Origin: a virus
Strand: one strand, 5' to 3'
Length of the DNA stretch: 64,000 nt
IMG/VR virus record: IMGVR_UViG_3300023174_000090
Span: 32,001-96,000 of that record
The position numbers were made by a program, and so were the translations under genes. This document shows, piece after piece, positions 60,258 to 64,000 of the stretch (positions are counted from its first letter, which is position 1; every line of letters starts with the position of its first letter). The notes beneath the pieces are model-generated. The model had not been told where the DNA came from. It saw only the letters and a program-made list of their open reading frames with translations, and searched no databases.

Positions 60258-62372
60258 ATGAGTTATAATTTAACCAATCAAATATCCACCGCTCCCCTAA
60301 ACTGCAACGTGGGATATAACAATTCGTGGATAAAAGTTGAAAACAATGCAGATAGAGAGCTATTTGCACAAGCATCCTATATAACTAACTTTTCCGATAT
60401 AAATATTAGCTTATCTGCTAGTGATTTAGATATAGGATCTGTACACATACAAGACCCTGATACAGGACTAAAAGCAGATGTTGTTCCAGTCGGCATCGGA
60501 GTTGGAGCATTGAGGGTAGTAGGTGAAGATTTGAAATCAATCAAAGATGATGTCACCATAGGTGATAAATTGGGAAATTTTACATCTGTTTATGCTCCCT
60601 TAAGCGCACTTAAAGTTTATAATACAAATCCAGTATCTTCTATAGAGGTAACAAATATTGTATCCGTAAACACATCTAATACCTTTCCGATATCCGGATC
60701 TATTACAGTTTTAAATCCTGTAACTGCTGTTAATATTTTAAATCCTGTTACATCAATGAATGTGACTGTTGTTAATCCTGCCTCTGCTACTGCTTTAACT
60801 TCTTATGCTGATGGTTATCAATTAGATCAATCAGGAAGACTTAGAGTGGCATCAATTGGTGAGCAATGGTGGTATACATCATCGGTTGATAAAGATGGTG
60901 ATTTAAGATTTCAAGAAGCATTTACTGGTAATGGGCAAAGTATTTTTGTACAAAATTATGCAGCAACTCTTATGACATCTGGTTCTGCTTCTAATGGAAG
61001 TGGTATTAGAATTAGTCGTAGAAGATTTCATGTTAGACCCGGTGTTGGATTGCAGTGGTTTAGTACGTGGAATTGGGATGGTAATGATGCAGGCGTTGTA
61101 AAAAGGTGTGGCTGGAACACAGCATTTAATGGAATGTTTTTTGAATTATCCGGTGGGGATATGAATGTTGTAGTTCGTAGAAGATTACCAGACGGGACAT
61201 TAAACGAATCCAGAGTCCCTCGCAGTCAATTCAATGGAGATAAATTAGATGGATTGGGAGTATCGGGAGAAAATTGGAATCTTCCAGCCCTCTCCGCTTA
61301 TACGACCAATACTTTAACACCAACGGTAACCGCAGTAGCAGTTCAAAATGCCTTATCAGCCTTTAATGTTAGATATAAAACCACAACATCAGCTTCCGCA
61401 AGTGCATTTCAGATAGGATCAAAAGTAACAGTTCAAGGATTATTACCGATTACATTTAATGGTTGTGCTGTGGTCAAGGCATATGACACAGTAAACAACA
61501 CTATAGATTTAACATATGCATTTAATCCGGGAACCTATATCTCCGGTGTAACAACTGGGTCTATTATTCAAAATGCTTTTCATGGAACTCATACATATTT
61601 CTTTGATATATTCGGGGGAAGAACAAACCGAGTAAGATTTGGTAAAGTAACAGATAATGGAGAAATCATACTTCATATATTTAAATTTGATGGTCAATTT
61701 GGAGGTCCGTTTTCAAGTGCTCCATCTATGCCAATGAGGAAAGAAATTTATAATACTCAAAATGTTAACCTTCAACCATCATTATCTCTCTTCGGTGCAG
61801 CTTTAAATATTGAAGCTGAAGCTGTTTTGAATCCTTGTTTTGCTACAGCGCATAATAATAACTATCTCTTATTAGATTATAATACACCATCGGGTGGCGA
61901 TCTTAAAGAATATCCTTTACTTGGTGTTGGATTAAGAGTGGGTGAACCGTATCAAAGAGGAGACTTACAAATTCAAAGCATTAATATGATTGACATTAGA
62001 AATATTGGCGGTTCAAATAATGGTGGTGCTATTTTCTGGAGATTGTTATTAAACCCCGTTTTATCAGGTTCGATACCAACACCTACTAATGTTGGCAAGT
62101 GTTCTAGGCACTGGGAATATACAGTAGCAGATCATACTACAAATGGTGTGAATTTATCAGCAGGGGCAGCATCTCAAGGTATTGAACTTATGGCTGGCTA
62201 TGTTGCATCAGTAGGAACTATAGATGTTAGAACGTCTTTAAATTTTTTAAATTTAGGTAGTAATATTGATTATTCAGATGCAGATAAAGTAGTATTAATG
62301 GTAAAACAATTATCTCCAGCAGCAAATGATGCTCAGGTAGTTGCGTCAATGAATATAATTGAAGCTATTTAG
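60258..62372 (+). CDS. putative virion structural protein with beta-sandwich/lectin-like domain
   Basis: GRLRV, NGMFFEL, VVVR, FNGDKLDG.G.SG, VRFG motifs seen in phage structural proteins; TAAGTA upstream. Confidence 0.55.
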   Translation: MSYNLTNQISTAPLNCNVGYNNSWIKVENNADRELFAQASYITNFSDINISLSASDLDIGSVHIQDPDTGLKADVVPVGIGVGALRVVGEDLKSIKDDVTIGDKLGNFTSVYAPLSALKVYNTNPVSSIEVTNIVSVNTSNTFPISGSITVLNPVTAVNILNPVTSMNVTVVNPASATALTSYADGYQLDQSGRLRVASIGEQWWYTSSVDKDGDLRFQEAFTGNGQSIFVQNYAATLMTSGSASNGSGIRISRRRFHVRPGVGLQWFSTWNWDGNDAGVVKRCGWNTAFNGMFFELSGGDMNVVVRRRLPDGTLNESRVPRSQFNGDKLDGLGVSGENWNLPALSAYTTNTLTPTVTAVAVQNALSAFNVRYKTTTSASASAFQIGSKVTVQGLLPITFNGCAVVKAYDTVNNTIDLTYAFNPGTYISGVTTGSIIQNAFHGTHTYFFDIFGGRTNRVRFGKVTDNGEIILHIFKFDGQFGGPFSSAPSMPMRKEIYNTQNVNLQPSLSLFGAALNIEAEAVLNPCFATAHNNNYLLLDYNTPSGGDLKEYPLLGVGLRVGEPYQRGDLQIQSINMIDIRNIGGSNNGGAIFWRLLLNPVLSGSIPTPTNVGKCSRHWEYTVADHTTNGVNLSAGAASQGIELMAGYVASVGTIDVRTSLNFLNLGSNIDYSDADKVVLMVKQLSPAANDAQVVASMNIIEAI

Positions 62373-62468
62373 AAATATAAAATTACAATTAAAAAGAAGT
62401 CAGCAGATAGAATAAAATAAGCAATAGCTATCGCGCAGATAAAAATATATTTTCGGTGTAAAAAAAGA

Positions 62469-62496
62469 TTGCCATACCATGGAAATATAGTATAAT
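62469..62496 (+). promoter_or_regulatory. sigma70-like promoter of nrdB (TTGCCA-N16-TATAAT)
   Basis: Consensus match in an intergenic region. Confidence 0.55.
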
Positions 62497-62524
62497 AGTT
62501 GACACTATTTATTAAATATATTGT

Positions 62525-63496
62525 ATGATATTCGAAGAACAAATCTCGCGCAAACCAAACAACTACCCTTGGACAGAAAAATTTATTGAAGCCATTTATG
62601 CTGGGTTTTGGACAGATAAAGAGTTTTCTTTTTCTTCTGATATTCAACAATTTAAAGTAAATTTAACCGATAAAGAACGCGAAATAATTATTAGAACATT
62701 GTCTGCTATCGGACAAATTGAGATCAGCGTCAAAACTTTTTGGGCAAAACTTGGGGAAAATCTACCGCATCCTTCTTTGTCAGACTTGGGTTATGCAATG
62801 GCAAATACAGAAGTAATCCATAATAATGCATATGAAAGACTGATTACTGTGTTAGGAATGGAAAATGTATTCGAAGAAAATCTAAAATTAGATTGGATTG
62901 AAGGAAGAGTAAAATATCTTAAAAAATATACACACAAATATTACAAAGATTCCAAGAAACAATATCTTTATGCTTTGATTCTTTTTACATTGTTTGTTGA
63001 AAACGTTTCATTGTTTTCTCAATTTTATGTTATCAACTGGTTCGCACGTTTTAAAAATGTTCTTAAAGACACTGATCAACAAGTAAAATATACAAGAAAC
63101 GAAGAACTTCTTCATGGTTTAATTGGTTCTAAAATCGTTAACACTATTAGAGAAGAATATCCAGAATTGTTCGATAAAGAATTAGAAGAAAAAATTCTTA
63201 ATGAGGCACAAGAAGCATTTAAAGCTGAATCTAAAATTGTGGACTGGATGATCAATGGTATAAAAGAAAATGGTTTAGATGCTGATACTGTAAAAGAATT
63301 TATTAAAAATCGAATCAATATTTCGTTGGAACAAATCGGATACCCAAAAGTTTTTGATATTGACAAAAATATTATTTCCTCTACAATGTGGTTCGAGGAA
63401 GAATTATTGGGTACTAACATGACAGATTTTTTCCATTCAAAACCAACTGGATATCAAAAGTTTACACAATCATTTTCAGAAGACGATTTATTTTAA
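62525..63496 (+). CDS. nrdB: ribonucleotide reductase class I beta subunit
   Basis: YPW, FW...E, EVIHNNAY, VENVSLFSQF, EELLH, DFF. Confidence 0.93.
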   Translation: MIFEEQISRKPNNYPWTEKFIEAIYAGFWTDKEFSFSSDIQQFKVNLTDKEREIIIRTLSAIGQIEISVKTFWAKLGENLPHPSLSDLGYAMANTEVIHNNAYERLITVLGMENVFEENLKLDWIEGRVKYLKKYTHKYYKDSKKQYLYALILFTLFVENVSLFSQFYVINWFARFKNVLKDTDQQVKYTRNEELLHGLIGSKIVNTIREEYPELFDKELEEKILNEAQEAFKAESKIVDWMINGIKENGLDADTVKEFIKNRINISLEQIGYPKVFDIDKNIISSTMWFEEELLGTNMTDFFHSKPTGYQKFTQSFSEDDLF

Positions 63497-63499
63497 GGT

Positions 63500-63964
63500 A
63501 TGAAATTTGATACATTAGTTAAAAATTTAATAGAATCAGTGGATACAGAACATAAGGTTGGTGGTGAACATTGGGCAAAAATGGGAGATGATGAAGGTAA
63601 TACCAACTATGTTTATGTTAAAGATATTTTAGATGCCGCAGACAAAACTATAAAAACTAAAATAGTTAAAACGGATAAATTTAATAAACCAGTAATAGCC
63701 AAACCGAAAAATGTTAAAAAATACGCAGATGATATGAAGAATGGTAATTGGGATTGGGAAAAATCTGGCCCGATTTATGGTGATTTGTGGGAAGGTAAAT
63801 ATGGGGCTTTTGACGGAAACCATAGATTAGCTGCTGCGATTGAAGCTGGTTTAGAAGAAGTTCCATTCAAAAACGTTGGAGATATAATAAGCAAGGCAAT
63901 TTCAAATAAAAAAAGAAACAAAGAAACAATTATCGGTGGTGTTAAAATAAGAGTTAAAATATAA
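63500..63964 (+). CDS. ParB/Srx-like N-terminal domain protein
   Basis: PI......Y...DGNHRLAAA...G..EVP. Confidence 0.7.
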   Translation: MKFDTLVKNLIESVDTEHKVGGEHWAKMGDDEGNTNYVYVKDILDAADKTIKTKIVKTDKFNKPVIAKPKNVKKYADDMKNGNWDWEKSGPIYGDLWEGKYGAFDGNHRLAAAIEAGLEEVPFKNVGDIISKAISNKKRNKETIIGGVKIRVKI

Positions 63965-63970
63965 AATTAT

Positions 63971-64000
63971 ATGACAAACAAATACGAATGGCTAAACAAA
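63971..64000 (+). CDS. start of a CDS, probably ribonucleotide reductase alpha subunit (truncated by the window)
   Basis: MTNKYEWLNK; only 10 codons visible, so the call rests on context. Confidence 0.35.
   Translation, partial: MTNKYEWLNK

Noticed and set aside
62369-62650. 93-aa minus-strand ORF with hydrophobic end
   Set aside because: Overlaps nrdB and its promoter on the opposite strand; no clear start
1-64000. Stop-codon reassignment or tRNA genes
   Set aside because: Core genes are intact in code 11 at high density; no cloverleaf noticed in the short intergenic gaps

Overview
AT-rich (roughly 30% GC by eye) 64-kb segment of a large T4-like myophage (Caudoviricetes) genome, standard genetic code, densely coding. 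It holds: (i) an adhesin/fibre locus (1329-aa repeat fibre, PKD-like peptide, LRR protein built from near-identical 69-bp units) facing a sulfotransferase and a GT9-like glycosyltransferase; (ii) a T4-type replication/recombination module on the + strand (uvsY, uvsW, gp55, gp47, gp46, gp43, thyX, uvsX, gp41, probable gp59, gp32, gp45), with a block of six glycosyltransferase genes plus an FkbM methyltransferase inserted between gp47 and gp46 and a GT-B gene between gp46 and gp43; (iii) a minus-strand tail/baseplate module (gp18, gp19, baseplate, tape measure, terminase large subunit, split gp5); (iv) neck protein, small putative head-packaged proteins, PD-(D/E)XK nuclease, AAA ATPase, nrdB and the start of a probable nrdA. 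Main leads: a multi-enzyme phage glycosylation system that appears split by promoter class (early GT-B, candidate DNA modifier; late GT-A/methyltransferase genes, candidate virion modifiers); strong CCGG over-representation; a mosaic LRR protein varying at binding-face positions; a lytic transglycosylase inserted inside the gp5 OB-fold; and apparently leaderless transcripts. No tRNA, rRNA, CRISPR array, intron or intein was recognised. All calls come from motif recognition by eye; no database searches were run.
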